The notes under the pieces are model-generated. The model was not told where the DNA came from, searched no databases, and saw only the letters and a list, made by a program, of their open reading frames with translations. From an uncultured Acidobacteriota bacterium (GTDB taxonomy: Bacteria > Acidobacteriota > Vicinamibacteria > Vicinamibacterales > UBA2999), in assembly GCA_963814395.1 (NCBI GenBank), contig CAWFCS010000001.1, positions 128,581 through 192,580 on the forward strand: 64,000 bases of DNA, written 5' to 3'. Positions 18,774 to 26,181 of this stretch are shown one piece after another. Within the stretch, counting starts at the first letter, position 1. Each line of letters starts with the position of its first letter. A program made the translations under genes and the position numbers.

Positions 18774-19091
18774 CTACGAACGCAGTCGTTCTCGCCAGTA
18801 GCCAGGCCGGCGCCGATCGTGCGCGACGGCGAGGATTCTCAACTCCTCGGCCATCTCAAGATAGACAACGTGATACGGAAACCGCCTCACGGCAAGACGG
18901 CGTACGGCAAGGTCGCGGGGCACTCTCGGAACTGGGGCACCGACCCGCGGAAGATCGAGTAGCTGGCGAATCGTCGTGTCGACCTCATCGAAGAACTCGA
19001 TCCCGAGCCCCTCGCGTCGACTTTCGTACCAAACGCCCGCCTGTCGATATTCGGCCTCGGCTTCGTCCTCGAAGCGAACCTGCCGGCTCAC
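18774..19091 (-). CDS. ParE/RelE-family toxin
   Basis: ..FPYHVVYLEMAEELRILAVAHDRRRPGYW. Overlaps the upstream antitoxin by 4 nt. Confidence 0.7.
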   Translation of the reverse strand: MSRQVRFEDEAEAEYRQAGVWYESRREGLGIEFFDEVDTTIRQLLDLPRVGAPVPRVPRDLAVRRLAVRRFPYHVVYLEMAEELRILAVAHDRRRPGYWRERLRS

Positions 19092-19330
19092 CGCTCTCGG
19101 AGATCCGATTCGGCCCGGTTGCGAACGTCTTGCCAGGGGGCCCCAGGTGGGCCTCCCGCGAGCACGCGGCGTGCCCGCCGTTCAATCTCGGAGGCCCAGG
19201 CCGCCTCGACCTCGGCCGGGGCTTCGCAACCGCCATCCAGGCTGGCGAGCAGCTCGGCCGCGACATCCGCTCGTTCCTCAACCGGGAGGGCCAATGCTTC
19301 CTGAAGAAGTTGCTGCGTTCGAGACGTCAT
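19088..19330 (-). CDS. addiction-module antitoxin (TIGR02574-like)
   Basis: ..QQLLQEALALPVEERADVAAELLASL..WASEIERR. Confidence 0.65.
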   Translation of the reverse strand: MTSRTQQLLQEALALPVEERADVAAELLASLDGGCEAPAEVEAAWASEIERRARRVLAGGPPGAPWQDVRNRAESDLRER

Positions 19331-19336
19331 GAGGCC

Positions 19337-19366
19337 ATTGTAGACCTCGAATCAGCAGCCCAGCAA
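19337..19366 (-). promoter_or_regulatory. candidate promoter TTGCTG-18-TACAAT, leaderless layout
   Basis: The -10 ends 6 nt before ATG 19330. The -35 is formed by the R'' end of the adjacent attC. Confidence 0.5.
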
Positions 19367-19431
19367 CCGCTTGCAGCCGACGGCGGCTGGTGCCATTCTG
19401 AGCCGCCGCGGCTGAAGCGGCGACGTTAGGC
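19361..19431 (+). repeat. attC site, family A variant
   Basis: 71 bp, CAGCAAC...GTTAGGC. Arms CCGCTTGCAGCCGACGG / GCGGCTGAAGCGG. Confidence 0.7.
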
Positions 19432-19456
19432 CGACAAGACCGACTTGTGTGCGCGA

Positions 19457-19486
19457 TTGGTAGGCCGTATATGACAGGCGTATACT
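19457..19486 (+). promoter_or_regulatory. candidate promoter TTGGTA-18-TATACT, leaderless layout
   Basis: The -10 ends 6 nt before GTG 19493. cgtatatgacaggcgtatact is nearly identical to 3799..3818. Confidence 0.5.
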
Positions 19487-19492
19487 GCGTGC

Positions 19493-19915
19493 GTGGGTAT
19501 CCGTTCCGAGTTCTTCCCGGACGTGGACGGGTTTCAGTGGGACGAGGGCAATTCGTTCAAGAACTGGACACGCCACCGAGTCAGCCAGACAGAGGCTGAG
19601 CAGGTATTTTTGAATCGACCGCTCGTGGTGGTCGGGGCGCCGTTCAAGGGTGAGGCGCGGCAATTCGCGTTCGGTCACACAGACGCCGGACGGTTGCTGA
19701 CCGTTGTGTTCACAGTGCGCGGGTCGCTGCTGCGCGTGATTTCGGTGCGGCCCATGAGTCGGCGAGAGCGGAGGGGGTATGGCCAAGCGCACGACAGCGT
19801 AGGACGATCCCGACGTTCGCATCTGAGCGTGCGGAGCGGGAATACTGGGAAACCCACGACGCGGGTGACGTTGTCGATTGGGCGTCGGCCCGTCAGGCGG
19901 TGTTTCCGAATCTGA
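19493..19915 (+). CDS. brnT: BrnT-family toxin (DUF497), C-terminal extension probably artefactual
   Basis: ..FQWDEGNSFKNWTRHRV..RLLTVVFTVRGSLLRVISVRPMSRRERRGY. The family normally ends about 95-105 aa. Confidence 0.7.
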   Translation: MGIRSEFFPDVDGFQWDEGNSFKNWTRHRVSQTEAEQVFLNRPLVVVGAPFKGEARQFAFGHTDAGRLLTVVFTVRGSLLRVISVRPMSRRERRGYGQAHDSVGRSRRSHLSVRSGNTGKPTTRVTLSIGRRPVRRCFRI

Positions 19916-20196
19916 AGGCATCCACAGAGACCATCTCTCTTCGCCTGCCGTCGGCGCTGTTGTCGGACCTGAAAGTCCTAGCCAACAAACGCGACGTGCC
20001 GTATCAGTCGTTGCTCAAGGTGTATCTCGCCGATCGGGTGAGTCGAGAGACGATCGGAATTCGCAGCCTAACAAGGCGTTGCAGCCGACGAGCCGCGCAG
20101 CGAAGGCCGTGGCAACGACGCGACGGGCACGCGCGGCTCGCGGCTGAACGCCGTTCCGTCAGGCATTCGCGAACAGCATCGCGGCGAACTCGCTAG
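19779..20196 (+). pseudogene. brnA: BrnA-type antitoxin (RHH), frame change after codon 7; 3' end uncertain
   Basis: ATG GCC AAG CGC ACG ACA GCG TAG, then the +1 frame reads RRTIPTFASERAEREYWETHDAGDVVDW..FPNLKASTETISLRLPSALLSDLKVLANKRDVPYQSLLKVYLADRV. Confidence 0.55.
20066..20164 (+). repeat. attC site, family B
   Basis: 99 bp, GCCTAAC...GTCAGGC. Confidence 0.8.
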
Positions 20197-21081
20197 AGCC
20201 TGTTATGTACTTTCACTTGTACTGGCCGGGGAGATTTGGGACACAGGAAGGGATGCCCAAGCGCATCCCGCGACCGCGATCGACCGGCTATCCCAGTGAT
20301 GTGAGCGATGAGGAGTGGGCCTTGGTCGCGCCGTATCTGACCCTGAGCCGGCTCGATAGTCCGCAGCGGACGCACGATCTGCGGACCGTGTTCAATGCCA
20401 TCCGGTGGCTGGTGCGCACCGGCGCCTCGTGGCGAATGATGCCCAACGACCTGCCGCCGTGGCCGGCGATCTATCAGCAGTGGCAGCGCTGGGTGCGCGC
20501 GGGGTGCTTCGAGGCGATGGTGCACGACCTGCGGGTGATCCTCCGGCTGCAGGCGGGCCGCGCCGCGCAGCCCACCGCCATCATCCTCGACAGTCGGACG
20601 CTGCAATCGACGCCGGAATCGGGCGCGCGCGCGGGCTACGACGGGGCGAAGCGGCGCAAGGGCGCGAAGGTCCACGCCGCCGTTGACACGCTCGGGCATC
20701 TGCTCGCGCTGCACGTCACGCCCGCCAACGCACAGGACCGCGCGCAGGTGGGCACGCTGGCCGCGGCGGTGCAGGACATCACGGGGCAGCACGTGTCCCT
20801 CGGCTACGTCGACCAAGGGTATACGGGCGCGGATCCCGCGGCGGCGGCCGCCGCCCACGGGATCCGCCTCGAGATCGTCAAGCACCCCGAAGCCAAGCGC
20901 GGCTTCATCCTCCTGCCCCGCCGCTGGGTCGTCGAACGGAGCTTCGGGTGGGCCGCCCGCTTCCGGCGCCTGGCCCGCGACTACGAACGCCTGGCCGACA
21001 CGCTCGCGGCCTATCACTATCTCGCCTTCGCATGTCTCATGCTCCCGCACGCGCTGGCGGCGGGAACTTCATAACAGGCTC
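20196..21081 (+). mobile_element. IS5-family insertion sequence
   Basis: Inverted repeats gagcctgttatg / cataacaggctc flanked by a TA duplication (20194..20195, 21082..21083). Confidence 0.85.
20253..21074 (+). CDS. IS5-family DDE transposase
   Basis: ..[64 protein letters not shown]. Confidence 0.85.
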   Translation: MPKRIPRPRSTGYPSDVSDEEWALVAPYLTLSRLDSPQRTHDLRTVFNAIRWLVRTGASWRMMPNDLPPWPAIYQQWQRWVRAGCFEAMVHDLRVILRLQAGRAAQPTAIILDSRTLQSTPESGARAGYDGAKRRKGAKVHAAVDTLGHLLALHVTPANAQDRAQVGTLAAAVQDITGQHVSLGYVDQGYTGADPAAAAAAHGIRLEIVKHPEAKRGFILLPRRWVVERSFGWAARFRRLARDYERLADTLAAYHYLAFACLMLPHALAAGTS

Positions 21082-21087
21082 TAGAAT
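21082..21087 (+). promoter_or_regulatory. candidate -10 box (TAGAAT), 6 nt before GTG start; its TA is the IS5 target duplication
   Basis: cgcTAgaat was the pre-insertion sequence. The IS now separates the -10 from its upstream region. Confidence 0.4.
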
Positions 21088-21093
21088 CATCGG

Positions 21094-21432
21094 GTGCGGT
21101 TGCCGACCGTCGACCAGGCCATCATCGACTGGGCGAAAGTCGAGGGCTATCTGCTCTCCGAGGTGCATCCCGTCGGGCGATTCAAGGCGCGGTCTTTCGC
21201 AAGTCTCGGCTTCACGGTCCACAACTGGCTCGAACTCGACGCGGCGCTCCGCTCGCAACATCTTTCCGAGTCCGCAACACCGGGGCCGGTCGAGCCCTTT
21301 GGCCAGTCGTTCACGATCCGGGCTATCCTCAAGGGACCGGGCGGTGCCGCCCCGGTGACCAGCGTCTGATTTGTGCGCACGGGCGAGACGGTGGCGCGAT
21401 TCGTCACGGCGTACCCGGGAGGCAGAGCATGA
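21094..21432 (+). pseudogene. DUF6883-like protein with in-frame TGA
   Basis: The ORF stops at TGA 21367..21369 but continues in frame (FVRTGETVARFVTAYPGGRA) to TGA 21430..21432, which overlaps the next ATG. Confidence 0.5.
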
Positions 21433-21665
21433 CACCGCAGAATCTCGACGTGGTCGTCCTTGAGCGCGATCTGCCCGCCCATGGTCTCAAGCGGGGCGAT
21501 CTCGGCGCGGTGGTCGAGCCGGTCGGGCCCGACAGCTACATGGTCGAGTTCGTGGCGGGCTCCGGGCGTACGCAGGCGCTCGTCACGCTCGAGGCGCTCG
21601 ACATCCGGGCGGTCAGCGACGACAATCTGCTCTCGGTGCGTTCCTCGCACGCCATCGCCAGCTAG
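21429..21665 (+). CDS. DUF4926-family protein
   Basis: MTPQNLDVVVLERDLPAHGLKRGDLGAVVEPVGPDSYMVEFV.. Confidence 0.65.
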   Translation: MTPQNLDVVVLERDLPAHGLKRGDLGAVVEPVGPDSYMVEFVAGSGRTQALVTLEALDIRAVSDDNLLSVRSSHAIAS

Positions 21666-21672
21666 GCGCGAT

Positions 21673-21743
21673 GCCTAACCTCCATATGCAGCCGACGCGC
21701 CGTCTGACGCGTTCGGCGCGCGGCTGATTTGGCGTCGTTGGCC
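21673..21743 (+). repeat. attC site, family C
   Basis: 71 bp, GCCTAAC...GTTGGCC. Confidence 0.8.
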
Positions 21744-21783
21744 GGACAGAACCACGCGGGTTGCCAACTCGAAGGACGAGGAG

Positions 21784-21789
21784 TAGCCT
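21784..21789 (+). promoter_or_regulatory. weak candidate -10 (TAGCCT), 6 nt before ATG
   Basis: Layout matches the other TA cassettes, but the hexamer is poor. Confidence 0.25.
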
Positions 21790-21795
21790 GTTTTC

Positions 21796-21996
21796 ATGAC
21801 GACCGTCGCGGAGATCTCTGGTGCCGTCCAGCGCTTGCCGACGCGAGAGCTTGCTCGCTTCCGGAAGTGGTTTGCTGAGTACGACGCGGCCGTGTGGGAC
21901 CGGCAGCTCGCCGCGGATGACGCGGCGGGCAAGCTCGGCGCATTGACTCGCGAAGCCCAGCGTGACCACCGGGCGGGGCGCACGAAAGCGCTGTGA
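21796..21996 (+). CDS. antitoxin-like small protein
   Basis: 66 aa. 4-nt overlap with the downstream toxin-like gene. Confidence 0.5.
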   Translation: MTTVAEISGAVQRLPTRELARFRKWFAEYDAAVWDRQLAADDAAGKLGALTREAQRDHRAGRTKAL

Positions 21997-22334
21997 AGCA
22001 TTTCGCCAACGCGCGATTCTGGCAGTGCTACCGCGCGTTGCCGGTCGAGGTTCAGGCGCTCGCCGATCGAAACTACGCTCTCCTGCGCTCCAACTCGAGC
22101 CACGGCTCCCTTCATTTCAAGCAGATCGGCGGGCTCTGGTCAGTGCGTGTCGGTCTGCACTACCGAGCGCTGGCCACCTCCGCGGACGACGACCTCGTCT
22201 GGTTCTGGGTCGGTTCACACGCCGAGTACGATCGATTGGTCGGACGCAAGCCGGCTAACAAGGCGTTGCAGCCGACGAGCCGCGCGCCCGTGAAGGCCAA
22301 ATCGAAACGTGGCGCGCGCGCGCCTCGCGGCTGA
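21993..22334 (+). CDS. RelE/ParE-superfamily toxin-like protein with attC-encoded tail
   Basis: MKHFANARFWQCYRALP..LHFKQIGGLWSVRVGLHYRALA..LVWFWVGSHAEYDRLV. The tail NKALQPTSRA..RAPRG is read from the attC. Confidence 0.55.
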   Translation: MKHFANARFWQCYRALPVEVQALADRNYALLRSNSSHGSLHFKQIGGLWSVRVGLHYRALATSADDDLVWFWVGSHAEYDRLVGRKPANKALQPTSRAPVKAKSKRGARAPRG

Positions 22335-22351
22335 ACGCCGTTCCGTTAGAC
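22253..22351 (+). repeat. attC site, family B
   Basis: 99 bp, GGCTAAC...GTTAGAC. Confidence 0.85.
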
Positions 22352-22426
22352 CGACAATCGAACGACCGATCCGATCCAAGACAGCGAGGCGTTCCGGCTG
22401 GGCCGTGGTAGCCTCAGCGCATCGCG

Positions 22427-22678
22427 ATGAACGAGTTCGAGTGAGACCCCCGCAAGGCCGCGAGCAACCTGAAGAAGCACGGCGTCTCGGACCCCGCGGC
22501 CAGGATCTTCGACGATCCCGATCACTCAGGCGACGAGCGTCGTAAGATCATCATAGGGTACTCGCGGCGCCCTCGGCTGTTGGTCGTGGGCTTTACGCAA
22601 CGGGTCGGCCGCGTTCGCATCATCACCGCGCGACGGGCGTCGCGGGCTGAGACACAGCGTCATGAAGAGCACACGTAA
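22427..22678 (+). pseudogene. brnT: BrnT-family toxin remnant (TGA at conserved Trp, internal deletion)
   Basis: MNEFE-TGA-DPRKAASNLKKHGVS..RVRIITARRASRAE. TGA 22442..22444 replaces the W of the FEWD motif. Shorter than its paralogs. Confidence 0.65.
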
Positions 22679-22904
22679 GGCAAAGGCACCGGCCCGCGAT
22701 CTCCGCGCGGAGTACGAGGTCGACTACAGCAAGAGCCAGAAGAACCGGTTCGCAACTGGCGGCGCGCCCGCTGTGGCCGTCGTACTCGACCCCGACGTGG
22801 CTCGCGTCTTCGGCTCTTCGGCGAAGGTCAACCGTCTCCTCCGGTCGGTCATCAAGGCCGTGCCCGGCGCCGCAGACGGCGACAGAAAACGCAAAGCGGG
22901 CTAA
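22662..22904 (+). CDS. BrnT-associated antitoxin
   Basis: ..RAEYEVDYSKSQKNRFA..VAVVLDPDVARVFGSSAKVNRLLRSV resembles 2918..3225. TAA stop in the attC R''. Confidence 0.55.
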   Translation: MKSTRKAKAPARDLRAEYEVDYSKSQKNRFATGGAPAVAVVLDPDVARVFGSSAKVNRLLRSVIKAVPGAADGDRKRKAG

Positions 22905-22970
22905 CCACCAAATGCAGTCGACGCGCCGGACGTCGCGTGTCGGCGCGTGGCTGATTCGGCATCGTTAGGT
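22899..22970 (+). repeat. attC site, family C
   Basis: 72 bp, GGCTAAC...GTTAGGT. Confidence 0.85.
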
Positions 22971-23009
22971 CGACAACGAAGGACGCTGGCGCGCGAACCA
23001 GCGTCTGGC

Positions 23010-23015
23010 TATAAT
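23010..23015 (+). promoter_or_regulatory. candidate -10 box (TATAAT), 9 nt before ATG
   Basis: Consensus hexamer. No SD before 23025. Confidence 0.45.
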
Positions 23016-23024
23016 CTGGCCAGA

Positions 23025-23348
23025 ATGCGGTTCGAGATCGCACTGGCACCGGGCGCAGTCGCGGCGCTCAAGGCCCTGCCGGCCCGGACGCGCACGACCG
23101 TCCGCGAGGCCCTCGAACGGCACCTGCGGTACGAGCCGACGAAGACCAGCAAGAGCCGCATCAAGCGCCTCCGGGGGCTCTTGCGCCCGCAGTATCGGCT
23201 GCGCGTCGATGAGATCAGGGTGTTCTATGACGTCACTGCGAGCACAGTCGAAATTCTTGCCATCATCACGAAAGCCGAGGCGCAAGCCTGGCTCGACGAC
23301 GCCGGTGCGCCCGACTCGGAGCGTGGCTCTGGCGGAGGCGAAGGATGA
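23025..23348 (+). CDS. RelE/ParE-family toxin
   Basis: ..LRPQYRLRVDEIRVFYDVTASTVEILAIITK. Confidence 0.65.
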   Translation: MRFEIALAPGAVAALKALPARTRTTVREALERHLRYEPTKTSKSRIKRLRGLLRPQYRLRVDEIRVFYDVTASTVEILAIITKAEAQAWLDDAGAPDSERGSGGGEG

Positions 23349-23640
23349 TCTGTCCCGCTACCTCCGCCTGGCGGCCACCGAAGAGATCGTGATCACCCGT
23401 CACGGACGACCGGCCGGCGTCATTATCGGCTTCGAGAACGAAGACGCGTGGTTCGACTACAGACTCGAGAACCATCCAGAATTCCTGGATCGAATCGCGG
23501 CGGCGCGGGCGGCCCTCGCCGCCGGGCAGGGCATCCGGCTTGAAGAACTCGAAACGCGACCTAACAAGGCGTTGCAGCCGACGAGCCGCGCCGGGCGCGT
23601 GGGCAACCCGACGCGCCGTGGTCGCGCGGCTCGCGGCTGA
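23323..23640 (+). CDS. Phd/YefM-family antitoxin with attC-encoded tail
   Basis: VALAEAKDDLSRYLRLAATEEIVITRHGRPAGVIIG. Start is tentative. The tail NKALQPTSRA..RAARG is read from the attC. Confidence 0.55.
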   Translation: MALAEAKDDLSRYLRLAATEEIVITRHGRPAGVIIGFENEDAWFDYRLENHPEFLDRIAAARAALAAGQGIRLEELETRPNKALQPTSRAGRVGNPTRRGRAARG

Positions 23641-23656
23641 ACGCCGGGCGTTATCA
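23559..23656 (+). repeat. attC site, family B
   Basis: 98 bp, ACCTAAC...GTTATCA (degenerate R'). Confidence 0.75.
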
Positions 23657-23657
23657 G

Positions 23658-23894
23658 ATGAGTCAGACCGTCGAACAGCGCCGCCCGGCGTGCGGACTGT
23701 CATGCGTGCCCACCGCGCCGCGCTGTGACTGTGGGTACGACTTCACCCTCGGCACGTCGCCTCCGCGCCCGCGTGGCCTTCAGCTGAGTGCGACCACCAT
23801 TGGGGCGCTCAGTGGGGGCGCGTGGTTTGTCGTCGCGTTGGTCCTCGACCGGGGGTGGGCGCTTCCGTTGCGGAAGAAGCGACCTGTACATTGA
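23658..23894 (+). CDS. small zinc-ribbon plus TM protein (hypothetical)
   Basis: CGLSCVPTAPRCDCGYDF cysteine pattern, then the hydrophobic segment IGALSGGAWFVVALVL. Confidence 0.4.
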   Translation: MSQTVEQRRPACGLSCVPTAPRCDCGYDFTLGTSPPRPRGLQLSATTIGALSGGAWFVVALVLDRGWALPLRKKRPVH

Positions 23895-23901
23895 CTGAGC
23901 C

Positions 23902-23979
23902 GGCTAACCTTCAGATGGAGCCGACGCCCCTCGGCGGCTGGCGCATCGACCGCGGCGCGGCTCATCTGAATCGTTAGCC
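23902..23979 (+). repeat. attC site, family D
   Basis: 78 bp, GGCTAAC...GTTAGCC. Arms CTTCAGATGGAGCCGACG / GCGGCTCATCTGAAT. Confidence 0.8.
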
Positions 23980-24018
23980 TGACCCACGACAGCCCTTGCC
24001 AGACAGACGGTCCGTGGC

Positions 24019-24024
24019 TACAAT
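24019..24024 (+). promoter_or_regulatory. candidate -10 box (TACAAT), 8 nt before ATG
   Basis: No SD before 24033. Confidence 0.45.
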
Positions 24025-24032
24025 GTATCCAC

Positions 24033-24287
24033 ATGACGGTCACTACACGGATCGTTCGAATCGGCAACTCGCGGGGCATCCGCGTGCCGAAGGTGTTGCT
24101 CGAGCAGGCGGCCCTGTCGGATGAAGTCGAGATCCAGGCCGAACCGGGCCGGCTCGTGGTCAGCGGAGTGAAACGGCCACGAGCGGGCTGGGCGGTGGCA
24201 GCCCGCGCCATGCATGAACGGACCGATGACATCGAACTGGATGCACCGACAACGAGCCGGTTCGATCGATCGGGCTGGAAGTGGTGA
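24033..24287 (+). CDS. mazE: MazE/AbrB-family antitoxin
   Basis: ..IVRIGNSRGIRVPKVLLEQA SpoVT/AbrB motif. Confidence 0.8.
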   Translation: MTVTTRIVRIGNSRGIRVPKVLLEQAALSDEVEIQAEPGRLVVSGVKRPRAGWAVAARAMHERTDDIELDAPTTSRFDRSGWKW

Positions 24288-24604
24288 TGCGTCGCGGCGA
24301 CGTGTTGTTGGTCAAGCTCGATCCGACCTTGGGTAGTGAGATCAAGAAGACCAGGCCGTGCGTGGTCGTGTCGCCGGACGAACTGAACGAGCACTTGCGC
24401 ACCGCGATTGTCGCTCCGATGACGACCAAGGGGCGGCCGTACCCGTGGCGAATTCAGTGCCGCTTTCAAGGCAAGACTGGCTACGTCGTGCTCGACCAGC
24501 TTCGGACCATCGACCAAGAACGTGCGGCATCGCGGCTCGGGCGGTTGTCCGCAGACACACTTGATCAAGTACTCGAACGGCTGCAAGAGATGTTCGCTGA
24601 GTGA
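24281..24604 (+). CDS. mazF: MazF/PemK-family toxin
   Basis: RRGDVLLVKLDPTLGSEIKKTRPCVVVS..VAPMTTKGRPYPW..VVLDQLRTID. Confidence 0.85.
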   Translation: MVMRRGDVLLVKLDPTLGSEIKKTRPCVVVSPDELNEHLRTAIVAPMTTKGRPYPWRIQCRFQGKTGYVVLDQLRTIDQERAASRLGRLSADTLDQVLERLQEMFAE

Positions 24605-24611
24605 ATCGGCA

Positions 24612-24640
24612 GGCTAACATCCGAAGCGGCGTCGTTAGCC
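24612..24640 (+). repeat. truncated attC remnant (family C ends only)
   Basis: 29 bp ggctaacatccgaa/gcggcgtcgttagcc. The ends align to family C; the L boxes and centre are missing. Confidence 0.55.
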
Positions 24641-24647
24641 TGAGCCC

Positions 24648-25283
24648 ATGAACATCTCGCGCGCGATCCTGACCCTCTGGATGTTCGTGGCGACCACGCC
24701 GGCGTGGGGCCAAGTGGGGCCACCCTCGAGTGCGAACCAGCCCACAGATGACTCGAAGGGCTACTTCCAGGCAGGGCTCCTGGTCGCCTTCCATCCAGAG
24801 GGCACGCCGTATCCTCGCATCACGCCCACCGTTCACGGCGCGGTGCCCGGTGCACTCATCGGCGGCGGCATACGCCTCTCTCCTGCGCTCGCACTGGAGG
24901 TCGAGACGGTCCTGAGGCGCTCCCTCGTGACGCCCTTGGTGCTACTGGGCTTTTCGTCAAACAGGAATTTTGACGGAGCGGTTCGCGACCTAGTGGTCGG
25001 TGCAAACCTGAGGTTGAGGCCGAGCCGTCACCTTGAGCTTCACGTCGGTGGCGGGGTCGCTGTCAGCCGGTACTCCGGCCTCGCGCCACCCATTCAGGAA
25101 GTCACGCGAAAGCAGGGCACGCTTGGTGCGGGCATTGCCAAGGCTTGGCGCGTCGGCGCCAAGACGGCAGTCGTGCCCATGGCCAGCTACGAGTGGATCG
25201 ACAGACCAGATGAGCTGTCGTCCGTCGCCACTCTCGGCGTGAGTAGCCATGTGTTCCGCATTGGCGTGATGATCCGTCACTAG
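24648..25283 (+). CDS. outer-membrane beta-barrel-like protein
   Basis: Signal peptide ..TTPAWGQ. Alternating hydrophobic beta-strand pattern. Weak call. Confidence 0.4.
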   Translation: MNISRAILTLWMFVATTPAWGQVGPPSSANQPTDDSKGYFQAGLLVAFHPEGTPYPRITPTVHGAVPGALIGGGIRLSPALALEVETVLRRSLVTPLVLLGFSSNRNFDGAVRDLVVGANLRLRPSRHLELHVGGGVAVSRYSGLAPPIQEVTRKQGTLGAGIAKAWRVGAKTAVVPMASYEWIDRPDELSSVATLGVSSHVFRIGVMIRH

Positions 25284-25391
25284 GCCTTGGACGCCCTCGT
25301 CTTGAGAACCACGCCCATCAGGCATCTGGGCGCGCCGCTCAGGCATCTACTCAAGTGGCCCGACCAATGACTGCCAGCGGTGAAGAGGCCA

Positions 25392-25466
25392 GGCCAACAT
25401 CGGCTTGCCGCCGACAGCGGCCCAGTGGATCATGAGGCCGCTGCGGCTGAGGCCGCAACGTTAGCC
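25392..25466 (+). repeat. attC site, family A
   Basis: 75 bp, GGCCAAC...GTTAGCC. Confidence 0.75.
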
Positions 25467-25490
25467 AGGCCGACACAATTCAGAGCCCAC

Positions 25491-25520
25491 TTGACATCCC
25501 AAAGATGAGATGTGCACACT
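25491..25520 (+). promoter_or_regulatory. candidate promoter TTGACA-18-CACACT, leaderless layout
   Basis: Consensus -35. The -10 ends 5 nt before ATG 25526. Confidence 0.5.
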
Positions 25521-25525
25521 GAGGC

Positions 25526-25807
25526 ATGTGGGCACTCCTGGAGCATTGCCGGATGGACCGGCAGCTGGCCAAGGCCCCACGCGAAGTGCTCAAGCGCTAC
25601 GAGAAGTGGAAAGACATCGCGCGGTTGTCGGGGCCTCCGGGCATCCGGCTGATCGCTGGATTCCATGACGAGGCCTTGGCGGGAAAATGGAAGGGGTCGC
25701 GGTCATCTCGCCTGGGTGACCAATGGCGCGTCATCTACCGCGTGGAGCCGGAACACCTCACCTGCTACATCGAATCGGTGACGCCCCATGACTACCGGAG
25801 GCCGTGA
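25526..25807 (+). CDS. RelE/HigB-like toxin
   Basis: ..FHDEALAGKWKGSRSSRLGDQWRVIYRVEPEHLTCYIESVTPHDY. Confidence 0.65.
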   Translation: MWALLEHCRMDRQLAKAPREVLKRYEKWKDIARLSGPPGIRLIAGFHDEALAGKWKGSRSSRLGDQWRVIYRVEPEHLTCYIESVTPHDYRRP

Positions 25808-25808
25808 C

Positions 25809-26126
25809 ATGAAGAACTATCGTGCGGCGCGCAAGCGCGTAACCGTGTCGGTCGGAGAGTCGGTGCGAATCATCCGTGAGCTGCAGGGGCTGAGCCAGAA
25901 CGAGCTCGCCCAGCGCACGGGTATCTCGCAGGCGACGATCTCCGGCATCGAGAACGACCGGGTCAAGCTCGGCGTCGAACGCGCAAAGGCCCTCGCGCAG
26001 GCGCTCAGGTGCCACCCCGGCGTGCTGGTGTTCCCCGGCTGGGTTGTGCCTACTGAGGCGGCGGTGAAACAACCGGTTGCAGCGGACGGCGCGAGCGCCG
26101 CCGCTGAACCGGCAACGTTAGGCTGA
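25809..26126 (+). CDS. XRE-family HTH antitoxin (HigA-like)
   Basis: ..IRELQGLSQNELAQRTGISQATISGIENDR. The 3' end reads through the attC. Confidence 0.7.
   Translation: MKNYRAARKRVTVSVGESVRIIRELQGLSQNELAQRTGISQATISGIENDRVKLGVERAKALAQALRCHPGVLVFPGWVVPTEAAVKQPVAADGASAAAEPATLG
26064..26123 (+). repeat. attC site, family E
   Basis: 60 bp, GTGAAAC...GTTAGGC. Arms AACCGGTTGCAGCGGACGG / CCGCTGAACCGG. Confidence 0.7.
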
Positions 26127-26181
26127 CAGATCCGCAACAGGAGATCGCATGAAATAGCACCGCGTCGGCGTTGGAGTTGCG

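Noticed and set aside
21367-22444. TGA read as Trp (alternative genetic code) explaining the two in-frame TGAs
   Set aside because: Many well-supported genes in the window terminate at TGA, for example the istA/istB ATGA overlap at 6236..6239, the reads into attC L' boxes, and kinase/regulator overlaps. The genome is also high-GC. A nonsense mutation is the simpler reading.
25284-25391. A 108-bp non-coding tail of the OMP-like cassette with a short direct repeat (tcaggcatct x2) as a possible sRNA
   Set aside because: No promoter, terminator or stable structure recognised. Short repeats of this kind occur by chance.
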